A stretch of 55,074 nucleotides of DNA, filler included, from Dimargaris cristalligena (Eukaryota): NCBI GenBank assembly GCA_003614675.1. It is 2 parts of 2 records of this genome, joined end to end, with 100 filler letters (N's around TTAATTAATTAA, not from the genome) between each part and the next. Parts side by side here need not be neighbours in the genome. Positions count along the whole stretch, not along the records: positions 1 to 27,488 come from ML002518.1; 1 more part is not named here. One strand, written 5' to 3'. The position numbers were made by a program, and so were the translations under genes. Position 1 is the first letter of the stretch, and every line of letters begins with the position of its first letter. Of the stretch, positions 12,224 through 24,486 are shown piece after piece. The notes below the pieces were generated by a model. That model had not been told where the DNA came from and did no database searches. It was given only the letters and a program-made list of their open reading frames with translations.

Positions 12224-14011
12224 TGTTTATACCTCCCGCGATACCCGCTAGTTGACATCGCCTCCACCAAGTCGCTCATCTGATTAGGGCCAAAAACCTT
12301 TACCTGAACGAACATCCAACTCAATAGCAATTATATTTGTGAACAACGTAAAGTAAGCTATCCATTACTCTATGAAGGGGCCTGGTAAGTGGGTGCTATC
12401 TCTGAGCTTTAATTAGAAACAACAAGGTTGTTTTGATTTTCAAACATCGTTTTCACAGTCACCTATCACACCACACGCCTTAACATTTGTTTATGTATTC
12501 TAGTGAAGCCATTACTAGAATAAACCGAAACATGTTGACGACATCGATCAATAAACAACATCGCGGAGTAGAATGCTGCATAGATGCCGAGCGAGTTGGC
12601 CGCCTGTATAGCGGATCAATCCTACTAGCGAAGCCATACCCCATGATGTCCCCTCTATACTAAACACTGGTACCTAAAATAATCGATTAGGAAGCGAGTT
12701 CGAGAGTGTTTGATGGGAACCCTGGTGCCCTGGCATACCCAATCCACCCCGGGGTTTATAAATTCCGAATATAAATAATAAACCCCAGCCATAAAGTCAA
12801 AACAATTATGCCAAGTTGCGGCACAGTTGAGGCCTACTGTGGCGGAGGTTCTCTCACCCCCCGCTCCCAGTTGGGTGTGTTTTAAGGTGACCGGAACGCG
12901 TCGGTCGAGACGGGGCTGCTGATCTCAGGTTAATGGCAAAATAGCGGAGCAGTCATATATAATAACAACAATAGTATTATTTAAAAATAAACTAAAGGCC
13001 AGTAATAACAAAAATATTAAGGTATAACCGACGCCAACCAAATCAGGTAAACATCAAAGTCAAACAGTGTTTACGGCACCTTGTGAAACATACCTGCACT
13101 TCCCTTACCGACCATCAACGGGGGTTCCCACTTTCCAGGATCACTTTTACGTGCTATTGGGGTAACGAAAGGGTGTCATTATTCCTGTTAAAGAGGCAGT
13201 TTGGCACGAGGCGAGGCGAGGAATGGAGGGGAAGGGCATTGTTTAGATTTTAGTTCATAAACACTCGAGTTCAGTCAGTAGCGATTTACCCTTTTTCTCA
13301 TAGCCTCCCACCCACACAGCCAGACTTAAACACTGGTTTTCCGGTTCAGTAACCAGCGCGCGTGTATGTATCTATGTATGTAAGTACGTACCAGAACAAC
13401 CACGGAATAATATAATGAAAACAATAGGGGCCTTGGGGAATAACAAAAACAGTACTCTATGGACTTTGCGGTATTGTAATATACCTTCGGGTCAGGCCCA
13501 CACTCCTCATTGTTGACACTGTTTAGATCGATTAGTTTCCCGTTCGAGACCCTATGGGTCAGGAAACGTAAACAACTATAAGCCCCGTAGTCACACACCC
13601 ACACCCAAGGGAGAGGCTTGGGTTGTTTTTTATTTGGCCCCCCTTCTGAACGGGGGCGAGTGCAATGGGGAAGGAATATATAAATACGGCCCATCATCCT
13701 TACCCGGGCTTCCAAGTGTTCGATACCTACCTTCTTGTTTCCAGCAAATGTCCTCCCCAACCCCAAACTCGTTACCGAAACTGCCTTTTAACCTTCACGC
13801 TTGCCCTGCTATCATTTTTATTTTATTTTGTTCTTCTACTATTCTCAATTAGCCGTCAAGTACGTTTCCAGTTAGGCCGGGGGGCCCACCGCGATTGGAG
13901 CCTCATTGTGAGGTGATATTTTCTTCCCTATCACCCATTTCTTATTCGCTTGTTGCGCTAGTTTATCGGCTATTCCATATGGCTTAAAAGAGTGACGGTA
14001 ATTGTGTTTAT
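12224..14011. promoter_or_regulatory. Cluster of forkhead-type RTAAACA sites
   Basis: RTAAACA on either strand at about 12224, 12488, 12551, 13047, 13068, 13257, 13568 and 14005. Confidence 0.4.
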
Positions 14012-14779
14012 TTTTATCGAATTGGCCGTATGTCCGCGGTCCAGCTGCATCGGTTTCCAAGCAATCGTCAGCGTGAGCTTCCATTTTGTTCATCATATTT
14101 CGATGATTGCCAGTCTTTGAATATTCCACCCGGGCAAGTCGGTAAGAATCCCGCCCGTTTCAGGTGTACCTATTAGTAAATCCGCCATTATACCCATACC
14201 TAAATGATCTTGAGGATTGCTGCTACTAGAGAACTAAACGAAACAAAAAGCAACAACGAGCCCGTAGAATATCATTGATTAACAATCAAAAATTAATGTG
14301 CTGAGGCTATTTATAGGGGGATATTTTAGGGTGGGGATGAGTCGGTCTTGGACAATATACAATATAGTACGGATATGGTTAACAGTGATAGTTATGCGGT
14401 ATCGGGTATGTTCGAAAGCTGGCCAGCAAATCGAGTTATGTGAGATATTAGAAAATGAATAAGTAGGGCCTGAAGGCATCAACTGAGGCGGGGGGAGATA
14501 GGTCGATAAGTAAGAAATTAGCATAGTCGCAGATTCGGGAAGTAAGTTAGTTAGCGGGAAAGGAAATGGTAATAATACAGATGCAATGAGGTAAAAAAGA
14601 CGGATGAATACTTGCATAAATATATAATATGTATAAGTGATAATAATACCGCAGGGGTATTGTGGGTAGCAAGGCGCCGCGAGTTGCAAGGCACGTGAGA
14701 TGTTTCTAAAAGAAATCTGAAGAAAAGTACCAAAGGAGAAAAAATTGGAGCCGAAGCATCTGTCCGGGTTTATCTTTCT

Positions 14780-16606
14780 TTAAAAGCCAGCGGGGAAATA
14801 AGCCGAGAAATCGACCATGGGTTCCTGATGACTAGTGTACATCTCGGACCAGTCCACACTACAGAGCATCTCGTTGAAGGCGCTTTCAGTGAGGATGCCA
14901 CCGGGCACCAGAGCAGCCGAACCGGCCAGGACATTAGCGCCACCGACCTGGAAGAAGGGATCGAGGAGGGCATCGGCCGTAGTCGAGGGGGAGGAACCGA
15001 TGGCATGGTGAGCTCCGGACGAGGCAACCAGTTCCTGGAGCTCTGACTCGCTCAAGGCGCCCTTAAAAGTGGTGGCCAGGTCAAGACCCCCCACTTCATC
15101 GAAACCGAGGTTGACATGCAGGGGGTTGAGGTCCGCAGCGGGAACGGACAGTCCCACGGAACCCGCGCGGTTCATAATGGGAGTGGCGGAGGGGGTGGAG
15201 TAGGAGTTGGCCGATGGACCCGAGGCCTTGGAGCCGCCGCCGGTGGATAGTCCAGATCCCATGGACAGATGCCGAGCGGGAGGGGGGGTTTGGTACTGCA
15301 GGTGGGCAGCGGTGTGGTTAAGGTTGAGGGCCATGGGGTTGGCGGTGGTTTGGCCGCTCTTGGACCGGTAGGGGGAAAAGGTCTCGTTAATGTAGGCGGC
15401 CTCTTTGGCGAAGTGCACGACGCTAGGGGAGGCGGGGATAGAGAGCATGGGGTTGGAGGTGAAGGGGTACATGGGGGAAGTAGGGGCCGTGGCGTCGGAG
15501 GTGGGGGAGGGGAACCCGGCCCACGACTGCGAGGGGCGCAGAGACGTGGGGGACGAGTTGGTGATGTCCTGGGGCGACACCACGGTCGGGGGGAAGTCGC
15601 CATTGACGAGGTGGTCGGCCATGGAGTGAGTCCGGCCGGTCAGGGTCAATAGGCCTGGGGTAGAAGATTCAGTGGGGCTGGTGGCCGGAGTGATCCACGA
15701 GTTGGCATCAGGGGTGGCGGTGGTTGCCAGCATCGACTGGGTGGGGTTAGTCTTCGAACTAGTAGTAGTGGTAGGGGGAGAGGGGGAAGCGGTGCGCAGA
15801 AGGGGGGCGGTGGAGGAAGTGGGGTGGTGGGTCTTGCACTTCTTAAGAGGGGCCCCACGTGGGTGGCCAAAAACGGCAGCCGCCGCCGATCCCTGGGCGG
15901 GAGCGGGAGTCATGACAGTCTGGGAAAGGGACCGCTTGAGTTTCTGGGCGGCGCTCACTGGCACCCGGTTCTCCTTGTCCTGTTGGCTGGCCTTCGAATT
16001 AGTAGACACCTTGGGGGTGGAACCATCGGGGCCGGGCAATGAAGTCGCTGGCTTGCGGGGCTGAGTGGTACGGGACTTCTTGAACACCCCGTCCACGAAA
16101 CAGTGGTGGAAAGCGGAATCGATGGTCCAGAACGACCCCTTGCCGGGCTCCTTTTCCCCCCGCAGCACTTTTACGAAGCACTTGTTGAGGGACAAGTTGT
16201 GGCGGATGGAGTTCTGCCAACCGCTCTCGCGGCCCTTGTAGTACGGGTGGTTTTCTTGGATCCACTTGTACACCGCGTTGAGGGTCATTTTCCGCTCAGG
16301 GGAGGCGAGAATGGCTTGGGCGATCAAGGAGGCGTAGGAATAGTTGGGCTTGACATTGGGGTCGGTGGGCGTGGCCTTGTAGAGGGGCACGGTGAAGGAG
16401 GCGATTTCCAGTGTGGATAGGTCAGTGCAGCTCGCAGGAGTGGCGGGAGTCGATGACGAGTCACTGGTGGACAGTTGTGGTGAAGAGGGAGAGGAGCAGG
16501 AGGAGGGGGGGGTTTTGCTACTGCGGCTATGATGGTTGGGAGTAGGCAGGGGAGATATGGCAGGGAAGTTGTCGCAAGCGGACGCGGAGGGGTAGTAGAA
16601 TGACAT
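14780..16606 (-). CDS. Forkhead (winged-helix) transcription factor without an FHA domain, Sep1/Hcm1-like (608 aa)
   Basis: [14 protein letters not shown]...[17 protein letters not shown]...[18 protein letters not shown]...GKGSFW. S/T/P-rich disordered body and acidic-hydrophobic C-terminus. First ATG at 16606 (the ORF track starts at a TTG). Confidence 0.95.
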   Translation of the reverse strand: MSFYYPSASACDNFPAISPLPTPNHHSRSSKTPPSSCSSPSSPQLSTSDSSSTPATPASCTDLSTLEIASFTVPLYKATPTDPNVKPNYSYASLIAQAILASPERKMTLNAVYKWIQENHPYYKGRESGWQNSIRHNLSLNKCFVKVLRGEKEPGKGSFWTIDSAFHHCFVDGVFKKSRTTQPRKPATSLPGPDGSTPKVSTNSKASQQDKENRVPVSAAQKLKRSLSQTVMTPAPAQGSAAAAVFGHPRGAPLKKCKTHHPTSSTAPLLRTASPSPPTTTTSSKTNPTQSMLATTATPDANSWITPATSPTESSTPGLLTLTGRTHSMADHLVNGDFPPTVVSPQDITNSSPTSLRPSQSWAGFPSPTSDATAPTSPMYPFTSNPMLSIPASPSVVHFAKEAAYINETFSPYRSKSGQTTANPMALNLNHTAAHLQYQTPPPARHLSMGSGLSTGGGSKASGPSANSYSTPSATPIMNRAGSVGLSVPAADLNPLHVNLGFDEVGGLDLATTFKGALSESELQELVASSGAHHAIGSSPSTTADALLDPFFQVGGANVLAGSAALVPGGILTESAFNEMLCSVDWSEMYTSHQEPMVDFSAYFPAGF

Positions 16607-17085
16607 GCTGGTAGTAAGGGATATGAAGGAATGGTGTGGAAAAGGAAATGGACGGGGCCGATGGTAAGATATGAAAAGGAGGGTCAATGACCAATGATGA
16701 TGGATGTTCGTAGGCTATTAAGGCAAGGATGTCTCGGGGAATACAATTAAACGGCCAGCTCAAGCAGAATAGATATAGTGGGTCGTGAGAGTAAACGGGC
16801 AGAGTATGTAAAAAGAGTGCGACGTATAATCGACGGGGATAAAACGATGATACTGAAGAATGGGGGTGCAAGTGTACAGTTTAACAATCGATCCAAACAA
16901 GAGTCGGACGACAAAAGGCTAATGTATAACAGATGTTTGGACTAGAAGCACAGACAATAGTAGAGAGGTAGGGCGTCGGAGCAAATTATCGAAACCAGCC
17001 AAAAAATGATGGAATGCGGTCCAGTGTATGTAGAGAGAGAGGTATGTAGGTGTATGTGTGCGAGAGAGGAGGGGGATCCAATGGC

Positions 17086-17180
17086 TTTATATATGGTTGG
17101 GAGGGGAGCCAGCTCCGGCTGAATGGCTCTGGTGGTGACCCCACAAGCGGCGGGTATAATGCGGCCTGAGAGCGATTGGC
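17086..17180 (-). promoter_or_regulatory. Likely core promoter of the forkhead gene (TATATAAA and CCAAT)
   Basis: Minus-strand TATATAAA at about 17086-17093 and CCAAT at about 17175-17179, followed by an ATG-free leader. Confidence 0.5.
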
Positions 17181-17830
17181 CCTTGATTCTGCCATTAGTG
17201 TACCCATTCCCATATCTGGCAAGCGAATGTGTGCTGAGGGGCGGGGGGTACTAAGAGACAGAGAGAGAAAGTGAGGGAGTACATTGGCCCCTCAGCCCTC
17301 TTTCTCTCTTACTCACTTTTATCCGTATATCTTAATATAAGCGGAGCTGGGTTTGAATTGGACTGCCTACATATTACAATACCCTGTCCCTCTTTCCTAC
17401 CCTCCCTCCCCAGCTTCATTATCCCCCATCACCCTATTTTCGGTGTCCCTATTTTTTAATAATGTTTTAGCCTCCCTATCTAACCACCTGTCCCCCTCTT
17501 CCCCCAAATACTCCGCCGTATCATTATAGGGTCCTCTTAGCTCTCTCTCCCCTTTGCGCCCCACCTTTTGGGCCCTGAATTACGGTATCAGGGACCTGGG
17601 CTAGGTCATTCCAGTCCGTCACTGTATACTACGTTATTACAATAGTCGTTTTAAAGTCCGTCCACTGCTGGCTTCTTGTTCCGTGGGCCACCTGCCCGCC
17701 TCACCCATCCTTGACTTTCGGCCACTATGGGAAACCACTCCTTAGTGACACCTACCCACTCTCAACTGGGCTTAATCGATGTGAGTATATTTAGGGCACA
17801 GGGTCAGACTATTTCGTTTGGCATTCAACC

Positions 17831-17870
17831 CCAAGTCCAAGTCCAAGTCCAAGCCCAAGCCCAAGCCCAA
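17831..17870 (+). repeat. Hexamer tandem repeat (CCAAGT)3(CCAAGC)3
   Basis: Directly visible in the sequence. Confidence 0.85.
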
Positions 17871-18151
17871 CCCACCCAAATCATCGCACCGTACCGCCTC
17901 GAAGCCCTCCTACGCAATGCGGACTGTACTTTACAACTCCGACCTCCCAGCGTCTACCGGCATTTCAAGCAATGATTCTTGTGGACTCGTTCCAGGGTTT
18001 TATTTCATATAGGCCACATGGAGGCAGGTTACATGTCGGGACGGAGTATGAAATAACGCAGGACAGCACTTGGCGATGCACCTTTGATAGGTGGATCCAA
18101 TGGGCTGGACCAACCTCATGTACCTAGAGTGCATGCCTCTCTCCTTCGTCA

Positions 18152-18155
<4 letters not shown>

Positions 18156-18186
<31 letters not shown>

Positions 18187-21100
18187 TCCCCTTATTCCTT
18201 CCTTCCTACCATAGCACGGCCTGGTCCTTTCCTCACATTCTCTCCTTTTCTTCTTCTTCTCTCTCTCTCCTTGTCGGCCATATGGTCAGGTACGCTGGTG
18301 ATTATTTTTACAGTTTGTGGAGAAGAATCCTCCTTCCCCCTCCCCAGCCAGATCAGAACCACCCCTTCGAGCGAACCGATCTTGGTACTGCTCTTCAGCC
18401 CTAGCGACAGCTGCCCTTTCCAAGTTACTCGCAGAGGCTAGAGCACGGAGAAATAGCTAAATTCAGGGGAAACGAGATGGGGAGGACGAGAGAGAGGTAC
18501 GCTAGGGGCAGCAGAGCGCAGTGATGGCCGATGGCTTCCCGTATCGGTATGTAAGTGTGTATGTGGGTAGGTGGGTGGGTGTGCCCTCGCGACCGGGAGT
18601 GGTAATTATTCGGGGGTGAGCACATACCAACGGAGGGCTCCTGGCGACACCAGAAAAGGACCTCCATGGTTACAGTTGGATTGAAACTACGGCTCAGTGC
18701 TTCCCGTACACCGACCTTCCCATTCGTTCCTATTAACGCTGGTGTCGGTTGGTTTTTTGGTGGTAGTACCGGTCCAGAGCCCCTTGGGGGGTCTCTCTCT
18801 ATCTCTCTCTTTCGCAGCGGGCTAGATCCAATTAATGGGTATAGGTTGCGCCATTCCAGTACGATTGGCCCTGCCCCTGGCTGCTGCTCATGATGGTGGT
18901 GGTGGTAATACAGCCATGGCTTCTCTTCTCTTCCCTCCTCTTCTCCTTCCCCCGCCTCACCTAGAGTCTCCTTGGAATCGCACCGTCGCTTTTCTAATTA
19001 CCATTTCCCCAATGGGGAGTGACGGTCAATGCCAGGTTAGGAGAGTGAATATAGACTATATATATATATATGTAATAATGAGGGAGGGGGAACCACGGGA
19101 TTCCTCCCGGTCCACCAAACCGTGGAATTAGAGGAAGGGGGTAGAGGATAGAGGGTGGACAATAGGAGGACATGTCAACCTGCACCCGGCCAAGGTGAAG
19201 GGGAGGTCTGAGAAATACGATCAGGCACCAGATTTAATCACCATGCATGGAGGAGGGGGGAGAGGTCATGCCGAGATATCCGATGGGTGCAAGTTACGAG
19301 GACCAAACCAACGGTATAATTAAAGAACTGTGCAGGTAAGGCCAGGCACTATCGGATGTCAATTAATCCCGGAGAAATGGTCGGCATATCCTAGACCCAT
19401 GAGGTATTAACCTATTGTCCGAATTTAACCAAAAGTTCCACGGATCCCGGCGATTCATTTTTTCCACCCGTGCTATAGGTTTATATAAGGGGCAATCGAG
19501 GAGGAGGAGGAGGAGCAAAAGAACGAGGGGGGTAAATGTGTGGGGCGGGAGAATACATGTGCGTATGACTATGCTTAGTAGTACTTTTTCTGGGGGGGGT
19601 TAGGGTAGTAATATGGCCCCGAAAGGGTTAGTTAGTTACGGCTGACTTGTCATCTTAGACGACCTACCTATTCACCACCGCCCAATACGGCCCCTATTCG
19701 TACTGCACCAAGGCATGCGGAGTAATTCTACTCGCCTCCCCCATTTTTTTCAACCCAGCTCAACTCAACTCCTCTCCCTATCCATCCGTTCCCTCGCAGC
19801 AATGGGTCTTATTGGGATGGACAAGTTGGTTGGTGTTGCCTTCACCAGCCATCTGTACAACTTTGGTGAATGAGGGGGGAGGAGGAGGAGGAGGCAAGCA
19901 CCGCTCCTAATGATTCATTGGTCACCTTCAGAATTGAGCTTCACTTTGTCTCAGTTCTGCGAGGTGAGGGGGGATCAAGGCCAAGTTAACCCGCTGGCTC
20001 CATCTGTTGGACCAGAACGGGAGGTTTTAAGAAGCCAGCGAGCAAGAGTGCGTGAATAGAGTGGGGCTATGTTTGGCCGTGTGTATGTGTGGGTGTGGGT
20101 GGGTGTGGGTGGGTGTGAATGTAATAATGAGGGGGGTAGATGCTTTGGTGTATGTGTGGCGTAAGGCTAAATTTGGGCTGACGCCAGTGCTGTGTGTCCA
20201 CTCAAATGTGCGAATTCCGAAGGTTTTGGACGGCCACATCCTTCACTTTACCCTGTCCACTCGAGTCTAGTCCGTAAGGCACTACTGCCTGAAGGGTCGG
20301 GGTAGCAGCGTATCCTAAAGTTAACCTAAACCGCCTAATATTATTTAAAACTCCGCCACTCTACGCAACCCCCCTGCTCGAATTAATGGGCCTTGGCAGG
20401 CCAAACCCTCGGCCAAGGAGAAGTTTTACCAAAAATGACTGCTTTCTTGGCATTAATATATTGGTTACTGTCTACTATCTATCCGGCCCAGTCCAACTTG
20501 GTCGCCTTCAATCCTCGGATTCTCCCACTTCCACTACTTTCAGTTCATAGGGTATCCGACTCCCAGGTCTTCCTCTCTCTCTCTCTCTCTCTCTCTCACT
20601 CGCTCGCCACAGTCGCACCTATACCCAAATCGAGACATCCCTAGAATGATGATAGTGGTGTACAAAGTCGCCGCCATCGCTGCTGGTGGTAGTAGTAGTA
20701 GTAGTAATAGTGATTCTGGGTAGTCGTTGACACCATACTGCCCCTGCTTAAGGTGGGTGTTGGATATAGTCGCTAGTGTGGCATCGAAAGCAGTATGAGG
20801 GAGGGGAGGAGGATAGTCAATGAATCAGACTAGTGGGTGTAGGAGTCCAAGTAGGAGGGCAGTCCAAACAGAACGACCATTTCGCACTGGGTCGATCGTG
20901 GATGGATCGCCGGGTCCAGTGGGTTTTATATAGTGAGGGGCCCTCCCCATAGTGCAAATGAAAAGGAAGGTCCTGAACTCTCCTCCTCCATCATCAGTTA
21001 TTTATATATATATATATTTTCGATCAGGTCTTCGCCTTCTGGATAAACTACCGGTTGGTCGAGGTGAAGGCGGGGGTTATCGACTGTGTAAAAATGGCCC

Positions 21101-22167
21101 AGCTTCGGTTAAGCGTCTCCGCCCCTTTAAACTAAGCGATCGATGGAATACACTAAACTGCGCCTGTAGCGGTAGCGGTAGCGAACCTCCCATGTAGCCT
21201 GATGCACATACTTGCCGCACCCATTCCGCATCGGCTTCTTAACCATGGGAATAGATCCATCCCCACAGCCCAGCTGGCATATGTAGCTAAATTGTGCTGT
21301 TTAGTATAGAAAACAGTTCTACTAGTCATGTCACTTTTCACAGCATGGTTACTGTGACGGCCTTTCAAACTAGTCAATTAAAGGTAGTAGTAGAGCTGCC
21401 AGCTTAGTCTTCCCACTCTCACTCTCACCCTCACTCGCTGGTTCTTTCGCTCGGTAAATTGGGTTAGTTGGATCTCACGGTCTTTAGTCCAGTGTTCCAA
21501 TGGCCGCCCTTCTCCAAAGTTAAGATTCGCACCAGTGACGGGTTCAATTAGACTGGTGCCAATGGATATAGCCCACGCTACAACTGCATTATAGGTTCGC
21601 AACGTGGTGCTGGAGCGCCGAGGGCTATTCCTGTCCCGATTGGCCCCCTTCCATGGCCAATAGTGGCTTGTGCTAAGCTGGCGGGGTGGCTCTGACCGGA
21701 TAAAAAGGCCATTTGGGCATTTTGATCCATGCACCACGCAGTCCACCCTACTTTAGTAGTACTTGCTTGCGAATGGGTTACTATGGACTCCCCCGCCAAT
21801 GTTCGGTATATCGGCGGGTTGCCATATCTGCTCCACCAACCACCTAGTGGTGATTGGAGCCAGGCCCGGTATGACATCTCCACTTGCTGCTCTCATCTAC
21901 TATGGCTGTGTATAGTGAGGCTATACTAAAGCATAGATAAAGTATGGGCAGCCACACTGGTCTCAATGAGGGGTGTGCGGAGCTTGAAATCCAATCTTAT
22001 TCGTGGACTTAAATAGTGCGCACCAATAACGTGGATTCTAGTCATCGCAGGTACTTCGATGGAGATCACAGACTACAGTCCATTGGTTATCCCTTACCTC
22101 ATCCCGCTCTAGGCGTGCTTGACACAATACAGGGCTTTTCCCCCGTTCCGTCCCTTTTCTTATCCTT

Positions 22168-22203
<36 letters not shown>

Positions 22204-24450
22204 CGCCGTTACCTTTTCTCCCCAACTGGCCTATTCGCTGGGGTTTGACAGCACTCAGCGTTACCCAAGGGACATTCTCAATTGTACACCACACTCGCCC
22301 AGCGGGTCCAATCGCGAGACCTGAGGATAGCGGGCCATGGACTGTGTGTTCCCTTCACTTGGGCAGATGTTAGCGCCACTCTATCCGCGATCCTTTCCCC
22401 CCACACCACGCACACTCTGCCCGCCGGCTTACCCCAGTCGGGCCAGCCGACTGGCTAGCACTGGTTGGTTAGCTGATTTAAACCGGCGGATCCACCAGAT
22501 AAGGTACCCCCGACTTCACCAGGGTGCGAACAAAACTAGACTAGTCTGCTCAGGTATTAGTTGCGTATGGCCAATGGGGGATGCGATGCGCTGCTTTGAA
22601 TAACTAGGTGGTTATAATTCACCTACATGAATTTTTTTTGGGGGGGGGGGCTATCACCACTTTCGGGTGGGTATGAAGTATGTCTGTGTAGAGGAGAAGA
22701 TAATGAATGGGGGGCGCGGTGAAAACCGAGTTGCTCAGTATTAGGCTTTTCTCATAATATTAGGAGAATCGGAATGGTTGAGCAAATAGTACCCACGTTA
22801 TTCGACTCGAATTATCTCTGACTCGCGCACGCACGCACCCACGCCCACACCACGACCTATATACCCCGGTGGTGGAGGCTATAGTTATCCCTCCTCCGCC
22901 CATTCCCACTGGCAAAGCCTAGTTCGAACCTCAAACAATAGCCCCCAAACAATAGGTTCATCTAGTTTTAAACGTTAAAGCACACTATAAAGGCATGGTA
23001 ACTATAGGTCAATGGTCCAGCCAATTTGCTGTTGGTAATTTCACATTACCATACATTGGGCCAAGTTTTTATGTTTTTTTTTGGATCACTCCTCCAAGCG
23101 TATAGGCTGCGTAACCACACTGGAGGTTTCGAATACCACTTCACATTTTCTCACTTGAGGTACTTCGCCTGTGGAAAGTCAAAGCATCTATTGAGGGACA
23201 TTAGTGGCCAGCAGCGTAGGATCCGGAGGGTGGCTAAAGGAATGCCTGCCAAACAATTTGGTGAGTGTAGTTTTAGCAGTGCCCGGGCCACTGTTTCCTT
23301 TCCAGCCATATGGGTAAAAAGATCAGAGTGGGGTGGGGTGGGTGGAAGGTACATTCATATGCACACACCGTTATTATTATCCTTATACTGTTGTTCCTAA
23401 CGGGGTGGCTAAAGTGACCAGTACTTATTTAGGGGTGGAAATAGAGTTAGGAGGGTGGGGATGGCAAAGGCATGTCAGTAAAGAAAGTAGGTACCTGAAA
23501 GTATCATGGCAAAGTTGGTGGATACACGAATATTCATCGCTACCCTCTCCCCTACACTCCCAAGCCATGCAGCTCTATTTTTGAACTCCGCTAATAGATT
23601 GACATGGGCCTTGAAACTGCTCCTACGCTAAGCCCCCCCTTCCTCTCTCCCTCCACCCAGACCCACACATATATACAATCCATTTCCCTCTTTTGGGTCA
23701 CTTTGTTATTCCGGTGCCCTGGTCTAATTCAGGAACCGCCAGACATGGTCGGCGAAACAAGGTTGAAAGATCCCGACACTCTTCCGTAATTAGGTCGGAA
23801 CTTTGCCATGGCCGCCCACCGGAAGGCAAAGTACAACCCAGGTTATAACCCACTCCACCCCACCCCACACCCCCTTCCTTCGCTTTCCAAACACCACACG
23901 ATGGATCGGATTCTTTGGCTCACTTAAATCCAATATGTAGCTAATTCGGGGGTTTGTTTATGTGTACGAAAGTGCGGGTGTAGTTTTTGGTTAAGCCAAA
24001 GTAGTCGGAATACACCTATACTTACCGCAGATCAACCGTTTGTTTATGACGATGGGTGAAGTTCCACTTTCCTTTTCATTCCTCGGCATTTCTTTCGTAA
24101 CCAGTAATGTTGGGATCGTTTCCAATCACATTAAACACCCCCCATCATCGCCAACACCAGCACCTCCTTCTCCCGTGCGCTCTGGTGCTCTACCCCATAC
24201 CCCATTATTAACAGTACCGCAAGCCAGCCAAAGAACACAACAACCCTGCATTGGTATGCACCCCAACTTTTAGCTCGCCATATTCACCTCTTTACCAATC
24301 TTGCGCTTTACTTGATAACAGGGTCGGTAGGATCAGACTAATCCCTTCCCGCCGGTTGGTTCACCCTTATTCACACTCCCGATTCCATTATATCTCTAAC
24401 CATTGGCTTAATTAGAGTAATGGTAGGCTGCCACTTTCTTTTGACCTTGT

Positions 24451-24486
<36 letters not shown>

